Notes: generated from the letters alone by a model not told the origin. Positions 18,601-30,199 are shown, counted from the first letter of the stretch. The stretch is DNA of 54,996 bases from an uncultured delta proteobacterium (GCA_963776085.1 CAVZMS010000062.1:1-54996); one strand, 5' to 3'. A program made the numbers and translations.

Positions 18601-19611
18601 ATGAGACCGTCATTTCATCCCAGATTAATAAACGGGCCATTTTCCGACCCCGGACTATTTATACCCTTTCTTTTCGAAAGAAGGGCCCTTATCTTCGACC
18701 TTGGCGAACTTCAACCCCTTTCATCGAGAGATCTCCTGAAGATATCCCATGCCTTTGTCACACATTCACATATGGATCATTTCATTGGGTTTGATTATCT
18801 CCTCAGGATATTTTTAGGACGTGAAAAAGAGCTTCATATATTCGGACCGCCGGATTTTTTCAGCCGCGTGGAAGGGAAGCTGTCCTCATACACATGGAAT
18901 CTTGTGGCTGAATACCAGAACAATTTCAGCATCAGGGTAACCGAGGTCCACCCGGAGAGGACCCTGACAAGGGTCTATTCATGCCGTGACCTGTTCGGCT
19001 TTCAGGAAACGGAGACGGACGAATCCTTTTCCGGGATCCTTTTAAAAGAGCCGTCCTTTTATGTGGAAGGGGTCTTGCTTGACCATCGCGTCCCTTGCCT
19101 GGGACTTTCTCTTACAGAAAATTTTTCCGTAAATATAATTAAACAAGGTTTAAATAACCTGGAACTCGATGTCGGCCCATGGATTAACCGCTTCAAGAAG
19201 GCCCTGTATGAAAAAGATGATCCGGAGGGGACATTTATTGTCACATGGAAAGATAAAGGTGCAATAAAAAGGGAGAAGAGATTTGTGCTAGGTAAACTGG
19301 CAGAGGAGATAGCGCAGATCTCACAGGGACAGAAGATAACTTATATTTGCGATGTAATCGCCAGCGCCGAGAACAAGGACAAGATAATAAATCTTGCAAG
19401 GGATGCCGACCAGTTATTTATCGAGGCCGCCTTTTTGGAATGCGATCGAGAAACGGCAAAGGAGAAATATCATCTTACAGCCAGGGAGGCCGGGGAACTG
19501 GCCAGGGAGGCAGGCGTAAAACACTTCACGTTGTTCCATTTTTCCCCCAGGTACACCCACATGGCCGAAGAGATTCAAAGGGAGGCAATGGATGCATTCT
19601 TAAAGAGGTGA
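18601..19611 (+). CDS. Ribonuclease Z-like metallo-beta-lactamase
   Basis: THSHMDH, LDH, HLTA..AG and FHFSPRY motifs. Confidence 0.85.
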   Translation: MRPSFHPRLINGPFSDPGLFIPFLFERRALIFDLGELQPLSSRDLLKISHAFVTHSHMDHFIGFDYLLRIFLGREKELHIFGPPDFFSRVEGKLSSYTWNLVAEYQNNFSIRVTEVHPERTLTRVYSCRDLFGFQETETDESFSGILLKEPSFYVEGVLLDHRVPCLGLSLTENFSVNIIKQGLNNLELDVGPWINRFKKALYEKDDPEGTFIVTWKDKGAIKREKRFVLGKLAEEIAQISQGQKITYICDVIASAENKDKIINLARDADQLFIEAAFLECDRETAKEKYHLTAREAGELAREAGVKHFTLFHFSPRYTHMAEEIQREAMDAFLKR

Positions 19612-20376
19612 AATAACCTCAAGCATCTTCTGGTGTATAAAAGGATTTGCAGCCACAATGCTCTTTTGAAAGGGAGAATATTTCTCCCCTTCGTAGTTGC
19701 TGACCATTCCCCCGGCCTCCATTACTATCAGGCTCCCGGCGGCCGTGTCCCAGGGCTGCAACCCCTCTTCCCAAAAGCCGTCCAATCTGCCGGAGGCCAC
19801 GTAGCAGAGGTCAATTGACGCTGAACCCGGCCTTCGAACCCCCTGAACAAGGACTATCATCCTTTTTAACAACTCGATTATCGATCCGGGCTCTTTATAC
19901 ACCCTGTAAGGAAATCCGGTGGCCACCAGGGATTCCTTGAGATCTTTGGCCGAAGAGACCTTGATCGGGGTCTTATTCAGAAATGCCCCCTCCCCTTTTA
20001 CGGCCTCGAAATATTCGTCCATCAATGGATTATAAACCACGCCCAAGACAATTTCATTATCCACCTGCAGCGCTATGGAGACGGCGAAAAATGGGAAAGA
20101 GTGGGCAAAATTGGTCGTTCCGTCCAATGGATCAACTATCCATAGACGCTCAGAATTCCTGCCATGTTCACCCGATTCTTCCGTGAGGATATTGTCCTGA
20201 GGAAAATTTCTGCCTATTATCTCAACGATAATATTTTCAGATAACAGATCCGCCTCTGTTATGAGGTCTATCTCACCTTTTTTCCCTATCTTGGTTATCT
20301 TGCCGAATAGATCATTTAGAATCATGCCAGATTCCCTGGCAGCCTGTCCTGCAACGACCAGTTCTTTTTCCCACAA
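19600..20376 (-). CDS. suhB: Inositol monophosphatase family protein
   Basis: WIVDPLDGTTNF and WDTAAG. Confidence 0.9.
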   Translation of the reverse strand: MWEKELVVAGQAARESGMILNDLFGKITKIGKKGEIDLITEADLLSENIIVEIIGRNFPQDNILTEESGEHGRNSERLWIVDPLDGTTNFAHSFPFFAVSIALQVDNEIVLGVVYNPLMDEYFEAVKGEGAFLNKTPIKVSSAKDLKESLVATGFPYRVYKEPGSIIELLKRMIVLVQGVRRPGSASIDLCYVASGRLDGFWEEGLQPWDTAAGSLIVMEAGGMVSNYEGEKYSPFQKSIVAANPFIHQKMLEVISPL

Positions 20377-20517
20377 AGTAGATACCTTTCTTCTAATAAA
20401 TTCAAAAAATTAAATAGATTAAAGAACAGAAAATGGGGAGATACGTTACAAATTATCATTCCCAAAATTACTTGACAATAGGCATTTTCAATGGTAGCCA
20501 GAGTAACTTAAGTTTAT

Positions 20518-20655
20518 CAGCTCCTTGTTCCGTCTGACCGAAAATTCGGCCCTTGGCTGTCAATTAATTCGCTCGGTTACGAGGTTTAGCACCAAAGGGT
20601 GAAAATAAAGCCATCGCGGGACCAAATATCTTTAAATCAAAGTCCGAAAGGAGAG
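20518..20655 (+). promoter_or_regulatory. Probable rpsF leader (S6:S18 autoregulatory RNA)
   Basis: Anti-SD CTCCTT (20521-20526) can pair with AAGGAG before rpsF; internal stems; TTGACA upstream at 20472. Confidence 0.45.
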
Positions 20656-20662
20656 TTTGTGT

Positions 20663-21112
20663 ATGAGACATTATGAAACCATCTACATTCTCAACCCCGA
20701 CCTCAGTGATGAAGAGTATCATGAGATAATCGATAAATTCAATAAAGTGATAGAGAACCAGAAGGGGATCATCATCAAGAGACAGGAATGGGGTAAGCAG
20801 AGATTGGCCTACGCGATAAACAAGTTTAATAACGGCTTCTACGTCCTAGTCGGTTTCTGTGCGAACCCGGGTGTCACCGCTGAACTTGAGAGGAACTGCA
20901 AGATCGACGACAGGATTCTCAAATACCAGACCATAAAGATAGCCGACAACGCGGATCCTCAGGAACTGCTCCTGAAAGAGAAAGAGGCCTCAAAGGAGAT
21001 CAAAGAGAAGGCTGTTGATAAGGAACAGGATATGGATGAGGAGTATGGGTTCCAGGAGGATGAGGAACCCGTAGAAGATGTAGAAGATAGCGAGGTGGAA
21101 AATGGAGATTGA
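20663..21112 (+). CDS. rpsF: 30S ribosomal protein S6
   Basis: [24 protein letters not shown]; acidic C-terminal tail. Confidence 0.95.
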   Translation: MRHYETIYILNPDLSDEEYHEIIDKFNKVIENQKGIIIKRQEWGKQRLAYAINKFNNGFYVLVGFCANPGVTAELERNCKIDDRILKYQTIKIADNADPQELLLKEKEASKEIKEKAVDKEQDMDEEYGFQEDEEPVEDVEDSEVENGD

Positions 21113-21362
21113 TAATGAAAAGCGTCCTTCTAGGGGAATGGCCTTCCACAGGAGAAAGGTATGCAGATTTTGCGCGGACAGCAGTCTTGCAATAGATTAT
21201 AAGGATGTGAAAATGCTGAGGATGTTCACCACAGAGCGTGGAAAGATCGTCCCTAGAAGGATATCAGGTAACTGTGCCAAGCATCAACGAATAATTTGCG
21301 TGGCCATAAAAAGGGCCAGGGATATCGCCCTCTTACCACATACAACAGCGACTATCAGGTAA
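21102..21362 (+). CDS. rpsR: 30S ribosomal protein S18 (Zn-binding type)
   Basis: [33 protein letters not shown]. Confidence 0.97.
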   Translation: MEIDNEKRPSRGMAFHRRKVCRFCADSSLAIDYKDVKMLRMFTTERGKIVPRRISGNCAKHQRIICVAIKRARDIALLPHTTATIR

Positions 21363-21375
21363 TCATATCGGAGAT

Positions 21376-22324
21376 ATGATAATTTCAAATATAATCGGGT
21401 GTACCGGAGCAGTTATTTTTTTCCTCTTAGTCTCTGTCTGGGTACCTCTTGTTGGGCCTCTTTTTAGCTTACTGATACCGTTACCATTTCTATATTATTT
21501 AAGCAAATCGGGATCTTAGTCAGGGGTGGAAAACCGGTTTAATATCCCTCTTAATCATAGGCCTGATTGCAAGGCTGGCAGGTTATCCCCAGTTAATATT
21601 ATTTTGTATTGCATTAGGCGTAATCGGTCTGATTATTTCCGAGATATTTAAAAGGGAATTCACATTCGGCCTGACCATATTATGGGGGACTGTACTTGTG
21701 TTATTCATCGGCGCGGTCTTCCTTTTTTTTATAGGTCTTTCCAAGGGAACGAGCGCCGTTGAACTGATCGTAGACTATCTCCAGGGTAATGTTAATAGAT
21801 CCATTAGCCTTTATGAGGAGATGGGATTGGATCAGGAGACAACAATCCAGTTAAGACAGTTTGGAACGGTACTGAACAGTATAATTGCACGAATCTATCC
21901 GGCCTTGTTAGTAATCGGTGCAGGGGTTATAATATGGATCAACGTGGTGGTAAGCAAGCCGTTATTTAGGCTGGGGAGGGTTAAATATCCTGATTTAGGT
22001 CGAACGGACATGTGGCATGCCCCGGAATTTATGGTATGGGGTGTAATTGCTGCGGGATTTTCTTTATTTTTTCCAATAACGGGTATAAAATTCATAGCAT
22101 TAAATACCCTGATCGTCCTACTGGTTATATATGTCTTTCATGGCCTGTCCATTATTATGTTCTTCTTTAACAGGCACAATATTCCGCTATGGGCCAGATT
22201 CGGCGTATATCTCCTGATCATGGTCCAGCTGATTTTCCTGGTTGTTCTGGCCCTCGCCGGACTTTTTGATCAATGGATCGATTTTAGAAAAATTCATAAA
22301 AAAGGGTTGGAGGAAATTCAATGA
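21376..22324 (+). CDS. YybS/DUF2232 membrane protein (5' part frameshifted)
   Basis: Position between rpsR and rplI; GLFDQWIDFR C-terminus. Confidence 0.85.
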
Positions 22325-22767
22325 AGGTTATCTTAAAAACAGATATGGATTCTTTGGGCCTGGAAGGCTCCACGGTTAATGTGGCCAAAGGCTATGCCAG
22401 AAATTACCTGATTCCGAATGGGTTTGCCATAGAGGCCAACAATCAGAACATCAGGCTTATGGAGATGCAGAAGAAAAAGATTGATGCCAGGAGAATCAAG
22501 ACGAAAGAGGATGCTGAAAAGATCAAGCTGGAGATAGCGAATACTGTGGTTACCCTGACCCAGAAGGTTGGTGAGGAGGACAAGTTATATGGTTCGGTAA
22601 CCAGCATGGATATAGCCGCCCAGTTGAAAAATCTGGGAATCGACATCGATCGAAGAAAGATACAACTGGATAAACCGATCAGGACTCTTGGTGAATATAA
22701 TGTGTTGATAAAACTCCATCCGGAGGTAACCGGCTCAATTAAGGTGATAGTGGCCCCTGAAGAGTAG
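22321..22767 (+). CDS. rplI: 50S ribosomal protein L9
   Basis: MKVIL, VAKGYARNYLIP, KLYGSVT. Confidence 0.97.
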   Translation: MKVILKTDMDSLGLEGSTVNVAKGYARNYLIPNGFAIEANNQNIRLMEMQKKKIDARRIKTKEDAEKIKLEIANTVVTLTQKVGEEDKLYGSVTSMDIAAQLKNLGIDIDRRKIQLDKPIRTLGEYNVLIKLHPEVTGSIKVIVAPEE

Positions 22768-22854
22768 ATCCCGTCTGTTGATCAGGGTATTGGAATTTAT
22801 AATGAGTCTTCAACTTATAACTCTTTAAAAAGGCCTCGGTAAGGATAATTGTTT

Positions 22855-24217
22855 ATGGCTCAAGCAAAAGAAAAGACCGTTATAGACTCCATCAAGATCC
22901 CTCCCCACAACATAGAGGCTGAACAGGCCATATTGGGCGGCATACTCATCAATAATGATGCCATGAACCAGATCATGGATATCCTGTCCCCCGAGTGTTT
23001 CTACAGGGAAGCTAATTCATGCCTGTTTCAGGGTATGGTCGATCTTTACAATAATAATGAGCCTATCGATCTTATAACACTTTCCCATCATCTCACTGAG
23101 AAAAACCTGCTGGCAAAGTCCGGAGGAACCGATTATCTCACGGCCCTTGTGGACGCGGTCTCTACTTCAGCCGGTATCGTCTCTCACGCAGAGATCGTGC
23201 GTGACCTTTACATGAGAAGGAGGCTGCTTACCCAGTGTTCCGCTATCTCAGAGTCATGCTTCCAGGGCTGGCAGGCCACCGATGAATTGCTTGACGCCGC
23301 TGAACAGTCAATCTTTGATATAGCCGAGGATAAGGTCGGTGAAGGATTTATCCAGCTAAATGCCGTTATCAAGGAGAGCTTTAAGAAGCTTGAGAGCGTG
23401 TCGGAACATGAAGGTTTTATCACCGGCGTGCCCACGGATTTTTATGAAATGGACCGTCTTACCGCCGGTCTACAGCCCTCGGACCTGATTATTATCGCCG
23501 GCAGACCCAGCATGGGGAAGACGTCCCTAGCCATAAACATTGGTTATAACGCGGCAAAAAGGACCAGAAAAGGAGTTGCGATATTCTCCCTGGAGATGTC
23601 AAAGATGCAGTTAGGCCTGAGATTGCTGGGGTTCGAATCCCTTATCAATGCCACAAAGCTCCGCACAGGGACCTTAAGGGATACTGACTGGACAAAATTG
23701 ACTACTGCCGCCGGCAATCTTGCGGAACTACCAATATTCATCGATGACTCTTCCGGACTAAGCGTCCTTGATATGAAGGCAAGGTGCAGGAGGCTGGTTA
23801 AAAAATCGGATTTAACCCTTATTATTATCGATTATCTTCAGCTGGTACAGGGCAGAAGGTCGGCGGAATCCCGACAGATCGAGATATCGGAGATCTCCAG
23901 GTCGCTCAAGGCCCTCGCAAAGGACCTCAATGTGCCTGTTATAGCGATCTCCCAGTTGAACAGGAAGATTGAGGACCGCCCGAATAAAAAACCCCAGCTG
24001 GCCGACCTGAGGGAGAGCGGGGCCATTGAACAGGATGCCGACGTAATCGCGTTCATCTACAGGGATGAGGTGTATCATGGCCCAACATGAAGAGAACCGG
24101 AATGTGGCAGAGATCACTCTTGCAAAACAGAGGAACGGACCCACCGGCTATTTTAAATTAACCTTTCAGCAGGAATTTACCCGTTTCAGGGATTACGCCG
24201 AAGAAGAGCACATATAA
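22855..24217 (+). CDS. dnaB: Replicative DNA helicase (frameshift near 24085)
   Basis: PPHNIEAEQAILG, GRPSMGKT, DYLQL, DLRESGAIEQDAD; KQRNGPTG continues in the next frame. Confidence 0.95.
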
Positions 24218-24242
24218 TCAAGAGGCCTGAACCATAGAGAAA

Positions 24243-25887
24243 GTGCAAGGCAAGACCGGCGGCCTTAAGGCCGGTCAATTAAAATACCTCCAGAATATCT
24301 ACCGACGGAGGATATCCCGTCATGATATCATACCACGAGAACTTCTGCGCCTGATAGCCTCCATCTCATCCGAAATAAAGAGACAGATCGCCCTGATCGT
24401 AACGCGGCGGGGTGATATAGTCTATGTGATCGTGGGAGATGATAGGCATATATTGATACCTGACCTCGGCAGGTTCAGATCCGGGGCCGGCCGTCTCAGC
24501 GGTCTCAGATGCATACACACACACCTTCACGGCGAACCGCTTTCAAAGGAAGATATGACGGATATGGCCCTTCTGGGCCTGGATATCATGGCATGCGTCC
24601 AGGTCAACGCTGAAGGGATCCCCGGTCCTATTCATTATGCCCATATCCTTCCTGAAAACCGCCAGAATCAGCAGTGGCAGGTAACAAGCGTCCCTGACGT
24701 GGGGCAATTAGACATCGATTTTGAAGAATTGATACAGTCCCTTGAGGATGAGATCGGAAGGACCGGCAGGAAACAAACTCCGGCAAAAGGCGAGAAGGCG
24801 ATACTTGTTGGTGTAACCGCCGGTCCTGTAACGGATGCAATGGAATCATTGGAGGAGTTGAAGGCACTGGCGATCTCAAATAACCTTGAGATAGCGGACA
24901 TCGTCGTTCAAAAGATAAAAGAAGCCTAATCCCCGGTTTTTAGTGGGCAGGGGCAGGTTAAGCGACCTGGTCCTCCGATGTATCCAGACAGGGGCTAACC
25001 TGATGGTATTCGACAATGAACTGACCCCTGCGCAGGTAAGAAGTCTGACCGACTACTCGGAGATGAAGATCATAGACAGGAGCCAGCTCATCCTTGACAT
25101 CTTCTCCAGGAGGGCGGTTACAAGGGAAGGGAAGATACAGGTGGAACTCGCGCAGTTGAAGTATCTCCTGCCCAGGCTGGCGACGAAGAACAGCGCTATG
25201 TCCAGGCTGACCGGAGGGATCGGCGGCAGGGGTCCTGGAGAGACCAAGCTGGAGATCAATCGCAGGAGGGCAAGGGAACGGATCTCAAGGTTGAACAAAG
25301 AGCTTTTAAAGATAGGCAAGCAGAGAAAAGAAAGGAGAAGACTCAGAAATGATACGGGGATTCCTGTCATCTCAATAGTGGGATATACAAACGCCGGCAA
25401 ATCAACCCTTCTTAACAACCTGACCTACAGCAGTGTCACTGCCGGGAGCCGCCTTTTTGAGACGCTGGACCCCAGCAGCAGGCGACTCAGGTTTCCCAGA
25501 GAGAGGGAGGCCATCATCACTGATACGGTAGGTTTTATTCGAAATCTTCCGGAAAGCCTTATGGAGGCCTTTGCATCGACATTAGAGGAACTTCATGACG
25601 CGGACCTCCTGCTTCATGTGGTCGATGCGGCGAGCCCAGTGATGGAAGAGCAGATAAAGGTCGTTGAAGATATACTGACACAACTGGGCCTGCAAGATGT
25701 CCCCTCTATCCTTGTTCTTAACAAGGCCGACCTATTAACCGAGGATCAGGCGGCCGCCCTGTCCAGGATGTGTAATGGCATTGCCGTATCCGCCCTTGAT
25801 CAGAAGACATTACACCCCCTGCTTTTAGAAATTGAAGGCTTTATCTCCTCTTTGCCTGTCCCTGAAAAGATGTATAATAATGCTTGA
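24243..25887 (+). CDS. hflX: GTPase HflX, long form (frameshift near 24925)
   Basis: GGRGPGETKLE, GYTNAGKST, DTVGF, NKAD. Confidence 0.93.
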
Positions 25888-26040
25888 CTTCTATTAGGAA
25901 ATAGATTAAATTGCACTAACCTAATAAAGGCCCGCCTTTTTTAGCGGGCCTGTTTCGTTCTGAAGGAAAGACCCGTTTGTTAAAAGTGGCATCCTGAAGT
26001 AAGGAACATTAGAGTAAATTTTTGAAAGGAGGATGTCATC

Positions 26041-26241
26041 ATGGCAAACGGAACCGTAAAGTGGTTCAGTGACAAAAAGGGATTCGGTTTTATTGAACAG
26101 GAAGACGGTGGAGATATATTCGTTCACCATACAGCCATCAACATGACCGGATTCAAGAGTCTTCATGAAGGTGACCATGTAAGCTTTGAAGTAGAACAAG
26201 GCGCTAAGGGTCCCTCGGCCAAGAACGTCACTGTGGTGTAA
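26041..26241 (+). CDS. Cold-shock protein (CspA family)
   Basis: GTVKWF..KGFGFI and DIFVHH RNP motifs. Confidence 0.95.
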   Translation: MANGTVKWFSDKKGFGFIEQEDGGDIFVHHTAINMTGFKSLHEGDHVSFEVEQGAKGPSAKNVTVV

Positions 26242-26260
26242 TCCGTAGAAATACACTCAT

Positions 26261-26298
26261 AAGGGCATCTTGTCGCATATAGACAAGATGCCCTTTCT
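26261..26298 (+). terminator. Rho-independent terminator after csp
   Basis: AAGGGCATCTTGTC-N7-GACAAGATGCCCTT followed by T-rich bases. Confidence 0.8.
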
Positions 26299-26477
26299 GT
26301 CTCTTACCTGATCCATAAGCTTCAACTCGCTCTCCTCTCTTGTCCCCTGGAATTCCCTACTTAGGCATTTCGCTTGGGCCCTGGAATCCTTGACTCCTTG
26401 AATCCTCTACTTATTTATTCCATTTTTGTTTTTTCTCCATAATTTTGATATAAATATCTCACGTTTCAAGAAACCCT

Positions 26478-26512
26478 AATTATCATGTTTCATGATAATT
26501 TATATGTTATAC
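26478..26512 (+). other. Entry site (attI-like or secondary site) of array 2
   Basis: GTTATAC (26506-26512) matches R'' GTATAAC (27453-27459); preceded by palindrome AATTATCATG-TTT-CATGATAATT. Confidence 0.65.
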
Positions 26513-26531
26513 CGTTAGAGAAAGGTAGTCG

Positions 26532-27449
26532 ATGAAACTGATTGTTGCAACATGTCAATTTCCTACTAGTGCAGACACCAGCCGGAACTTACGTTACGTG
26601 TTGAAACAGATGCATAGTGCTAAGTACAAGGGAGCACATGTAGCGCATTTCCCGGAGGCGTGTCTGTCGGGGTATGTTGGACATGATACCGAATCCTATA
26701 AGGACTTTGACTGGGAATTACTTCATACATCCATTCTTGAGATAATTAACCAAGCTCGCAAGCTGAAGCTCTGGGTGATTTTAGGGTCAATACACCGCCT
26801 CACTGGTCGACATAAACCTCACAATAGTCTCTATATCATCAGCGATCGAGGAGATCTCGTCGACCGCTACGATAAAATGTTTTGTGCAGGAGATCGTTCG
26901 GGTAGATCCGGTGAGTTACTCCACTTCAGTCCTGGAAATCATTTCAGCGTTTTCGACATTCGGGGAGTTCGCTGTGGAGCAATCATTTGCCACGAATACC
27001 GTTATCCTGAGCTTTATCGGGAGTACAAGCGCAAAGGTGTAGAACTTATGTTTCATTCCTATCACGCTGCCAATATTGGGCAGAATCGTTATCGGGCGAT
27101 GCAGAAACAGGTCGGTGGTGAGTTCCATAAATTGAATCGAGGTTCTACCTTACCTGAAATTACTATGCCGGCATCGATGCAAGCCGCATCTGCAAGTAGT
27201 CACATTTGGATTAGTTGCAGCAATTCTTCAGCAAAGGAAAGCTGCTGGCCTAGCTTTTTTGTCCGACCGGATGGTGTGATTATTGGCCGTCTTCGGAGGA
27301 ACATACCAGGAGTTTTGATTTCAACGGTAAACACTAAGCAGAAGTTGTATGACTCCACGGCCGCATGGAGAGATAGGGCAATGCGTGGTATCTATTATAG
27401 TGGCAAATTGATTAAGGACAAGCGTTCAGATGAGCGGAGATTGCTGTAA
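26532..27449 (+). CDS. Cassette: carbon-nitrogen hydrolase (nitrilase family)
   Basis: HFPE, RYDK and IICHEYRYPE catalytic triad motifs. Confidence 0.9.
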   Translation: MKLIVATCQFPTSADTSRNLRYVLKQMHSAKYKGAHVAHFPEACLSGYVGHDTESYKDFDWELLHTSILEIINQARKLKLWVILGSIHRLTGRHKPHNSLYIISDRGDLVDRYDKMFCAGDRSGRSGELLHFSPGNHFSVFDIRGVRCGAIICHEYRYPELYREYKRKGVELMFHSYHAANIGQNRYRAMQKQVGGEFHKLNRGSTLPEITMPASMQAASASSHIWISCSNSSAKESCWPSFFVRPDGVIIGRLRRNIPGVLISTVNTKQKLYDSTAAWRDRAMRGIYYSGKLIKDKRSDERRLL

Positions 27450-27452
27450 TAC

Positions 27453-27514
27453 GTATAACCTTTCACTGCAGCCGACCGCAAAAAGGCAGTGCCGGCTGAG
27501 TTCGGGCGTTAGGC
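27453..27514 (+). other. attC site
   Basis: GTATAAC-CTTTC-ACTGCAGCCG...CGGCTGAGT-TCGGGC-GTTAGGC. Confidence 0.9.
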
Positions 27515-27540
27515 GCAATCTTGTTGTCTTGGGAGCTTAA

Positions 27541-28659
27541 ATGACATCCGAGCCATCACAACGGGCGACACGTTCGAAGTGGAAGAAGCTGATCGCAGTT
27601 GCGGCTATCTTGTGCATCGTAGTTGTCCTACTGCCCCAATGTGGCGGGCCTAGAGACTCGGACCGTTCCAGCCCTCCCCCTCGTGCTCCAAAAGGAACCA
27701 CGGTTACGTCGATGAGCGTCAATGGGCTGGACGGTGATTTCTTCCGCCGAGCTTCCAAGAAGCCGCAAAAGGCGCTGATCCTTTTGGGAGGATCAGAAGG
27801 AGGCAAGAGTTGGAATGACCAGACTGAGTTCATTGAAGAGCTGGTTGAGCAGGGCTTCTGCGTGCTGTCGCTGAGCTACTTCGGAACCGGCAATCTCCCA
27901 AGAGACCTCCGAGGCATTCCGCTGGAGTATTTTTCCAAGGCGTTTCTTTGGCTATCGAAGCAAGAGGGCGTCGTGGTTCCCAACGACTACGCAGTGATGG
28001 GCGTTTCTCGCGGAGCAGAGTTGGCATTGCTTCTGGGCAGTCGTTACTCTGATGTTAGTGCGGTCATCGCAATTGCACCGAGTTCAGTGGTCTTCCCGGG
28101 ACCTCCGACTGGCACACTAGATGCCTTGCGGTCCCAGCATTCGGCTTGGAGCTTCAATGGCCAGGAGTTGAAGTTCGTGCCAATGCCGTATTCCTGGACC
28201 ACGCTGCGAGGCTTGATCACCGGTAAGCGGACGCGGATGTTCGAGAAAGCACTCCGCAACTCCGGGCGTGTAAAGGAGGCGGCGATTCCCGTCGAGAGAA
28301 TCCATGGTCCGATCCTTCTGGCCTCATTCACACGAGATCAAATCTGGCCTTCCACTCTCATGTCCGAGCAGATCGTGCAACGCCTGCGTGAAAACCAATT
28401 CCGTTTTCATTTCGAGCACGCAGCGTACGACGCAGGCCACTCCCAGTGGTCCATCAAGCCATGCCACACCAACATCTTGAACTTCCTGAGGGAACAAGTA
28501 TTGACTTCAGCCCGGGAGGGCCTTGCCCCAGCACCAAAGGACGTGCTCGACCCGTCTGCTCAAAAACGCATGGCCGAACCAAGCGGTCCAGCGAACGGGA
28601 GCCAGCCGATTACCCCAGAGACAAATCGAACGTCATCGGCGATTCGCTCCCGTCGCTGA
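27541..28659 (+). CDS. Cassette: acyl-CoA thioester hydrolase/BAAT C-terminal family hydrolase
   Basis: LLGGSEGG, IPLEYF, GVSRGAELAL, DQIWPS, AGH. Confidence 0.85.
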   Translation: MTSEPSQRATRSKWKKLIAVAAILCIVVVLLPQCGGPRDSDRSSPPPRAPKGTTVTSMSVNGLDGDFFRRASKKPQKALILLGGSEGGKSWNDQTEFIEELVEQGFCVLSLSYFGTGNLPRDLRGIPLEYFSKAFLWLSKQEGVVVPNDYAVMGVSRGAELALLLGSRYSDVSAVIAIAPSSVVFPGPPTGTLDALRSQHSAWSFNGQELKFVPMPYSWTTLRGLITGKRTRMFEKALRNSGRVKEAAIPVERIHGPILLASFTRDQIWPSTLMSEQIVQRLRENQFRFHFEHAAYDAGHSQWSIKPCHTNILNFLREQVLTSAREGLAPAPKDVLDPSAQKRMAEPSGPANGSQPITPETNRTSSAIRSRR

Positions 28660-28673
28660 CCTTTGTGTTAGCG
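28573..28673 (+). other. attC site (overlapped by upstream ORF)
   Basis: GCCGAAC...GTTAGCG; GGTCCAGCGAACGGGAGC/GCTCCCGTCGCTGACC stem. Confidence 0.9.
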
Positions 28674-28733
28674 TCGGTCGGGTACAGTAAAGTATGATAC
28701 TTTGCGAACATAGAATTCGAATGGAGGAAAGCA

Positions 28734-29351
28734 ATGTTGAATGAACTAAATACTGATAAATTGGCGATCCGCGAGATTGTTGAGAACTGGGTATTGTGGC
28801 GAGACGCCGGCGATTGGGAGCGGTTTGCGACGGTCTGGCATCCAGACGGCTGGATGACGGCCACTTGGTTCCAAGGGACGGCACAAAAATTCATAGAAGT
28901 GAGCCGTGAAGGTTTCATTAAGGGCGTCAACATCTTGCACTTTTTAGGGGGATGGACGTGCGAGGTTAATGGTGATCGTGCCATCTCGCAAACCAAGATG
29001 ACGATAAACCAGCGCGCTCAGGTGGATGGTGTTCTCGTCGATGTTGTATGCACCGGACGTTTTTACGATTTTTTTGAGAAGCAGAAAGGACGCTGGGGCA
29101 TTGTCCGACGGCAACCCATTTACGAGAAAGACCGGCTCGATCCGGTAGATCCATCAGCGGTTCTCAAGCTCGATCCTGAATGGCTTGCGCGCTTTCCCGA
29201 AGGATATCAACATCTTGCTTATCTGCAGTTAAAGAATGGTTTCAAAGTTAAGAGCGATCTACCCGGCTTACGTGGCCCTGTGGTCGAGAAGCTTTACGCA
29301 GAAGGCAAAGCTTGGCTATCTGGTTCCGTCCAGCCCGGCGAGCCGCTTTGA
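28734..29351 (+). CDS. Cassette: SnoaL/NTF2-like family protein
   Basis: WRDAGDW..F..VWHPDG, HFLGG, GRFYD..EK..GRWGI. Confidence 0.85.
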   Translation: MLNELNTDKLAIREIVENWVLWRDAGDWERFATVWHPDGWMTATWFQGTAQKFIEVSREGFIKGVNILHFLGGWTCEVNGDRAISQTKMTINQRAQVDGVLVDVVCTGRFYDFFEKQKGRWGIVRRQPIYEKDRLDPVDPSAVLKLDPEWLARFPEGYQHLAYLQLKNGFKVKSDLPGLRGPVVEKLYAEGKAWLSGSVQPGEPL

Positions 29352-29464
29352 ACGCTTTATCTAAACATTCCCACTGCATTTGAGCTGGGATTGTTCGGAG
29401 GTATTGATGTAAATTGATAACTGGTTGAATAATTTACGGACTGTAGAAAAGAGAAATTAAAAAA

Positions 29465-29596
29465 CGCTAACAGCCGGCTCCAGCATGATAACTGCTTATG
29501 CTGGTAATGAAACGGAAGTCCTGAGTTGCACAAAGCGTATTGGGTTTTGGTCGTTGATCTCAGAAGTCGCATTCACAGCTGAGCCGTTAGTTGGGC
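29465..29596 (+). other. attC site (132 bp)
   Basis: CGCTAAC-AGCCG-GCTCCAGC...GCTGAGC-CGTTA-GTTGGGC; R'' matches the opening GTTAGCG. Confidence 0.85.
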
Positions 29597-29652
29597 ACAT
29601 GGATCCAGCTGGCTAAAAATGTGTCCTGTAGTGTCAAAAAAGGGAATATATT

Positions 29653-30192
29653 ATGCTCAAGATGGAAAACGTCGCCTTGTTAATTGTTGATATTCAAGGC
29701 AACTTAGCACACGCGATGCATGGGAAAGAACTTCTGTTCAAGAACGTGCAAAAGCTTATCAAAGGGATCCAGGTTTTAGGAATTCCTATTCTCTGGACAG
29801 AGCAGAATCCTCAAGGCCTGGGGCCGACAATTCCTGAAATTGCAGACATCTTGTCCAATATTAAGCCTATCAGCAAGATGAGCTTTAGTTGTTGCCAGAA
29901 TAACCTCTTTGTACAAGCACTGAAGGCTCTGAATCTCAAACAGGTCTTGATTGCAGGTATTGAGGCACATGTCTGCGTCTATCAAACAGCGGTAGATCTA
30001 GTAGACCTAGGGTATGAGGTTCAAGTTGTGACTGACGCTGTATCTTCAAGAAACATGGAGAACAAGGAAATCGGTTTACAGAAAATGAGAGATTCTGGTG
30101 TCAGTTTGACGAGTGTCGAAACTGCTCTCTTTGAACTGCTTAGGGTGGCGGAGGGAGAACAGTTCAGACAGATTCTCAAGATTGTGAAATAA
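29653..30192 (+). CDS. Cassette: isochorismatase family hydrolase
   Basis: LLIVDIQ, TEQNPQGLGPT, KMSFS, GIEAHVCVYQT. Confidence 0.9.
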   Translation: MLKMENVALLIVDIQGNLAHAMHGKELLFKNVQKLIKGIQVLGIPILWTEQNPQGLGPTIPEIADILSNIKPISKMSFSCCQNNLFVQALKALNLKQVLIAGIEAHVCVYQTAVDLVDLGYEVQVVTDAVSSRNMENKEIGLQKMRDSGVSLTSVETALFELLRVAEGEQFRQILKIVK

Positions 30193-30199
30193 TTGGCTT

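Noticed and set aside
25929-25950. GGCCCGC/GCGGGCC hairpin as hflX terminator
   Set aside because: Lies downstream of a likely csp promoter and lacks a clear U-tract; may be csp 5' UTR structure instead
25921-26256. 111-aa minus-strand ORF over csp
   Set aside because: Antisense shadow of the cold-shock gene
26486-26516. dif (XerCD) site at the start of array 2
   Set aside because: GATAA...TATGTTA resembles dif arms but the spacer is too short and the XerD arm does not match
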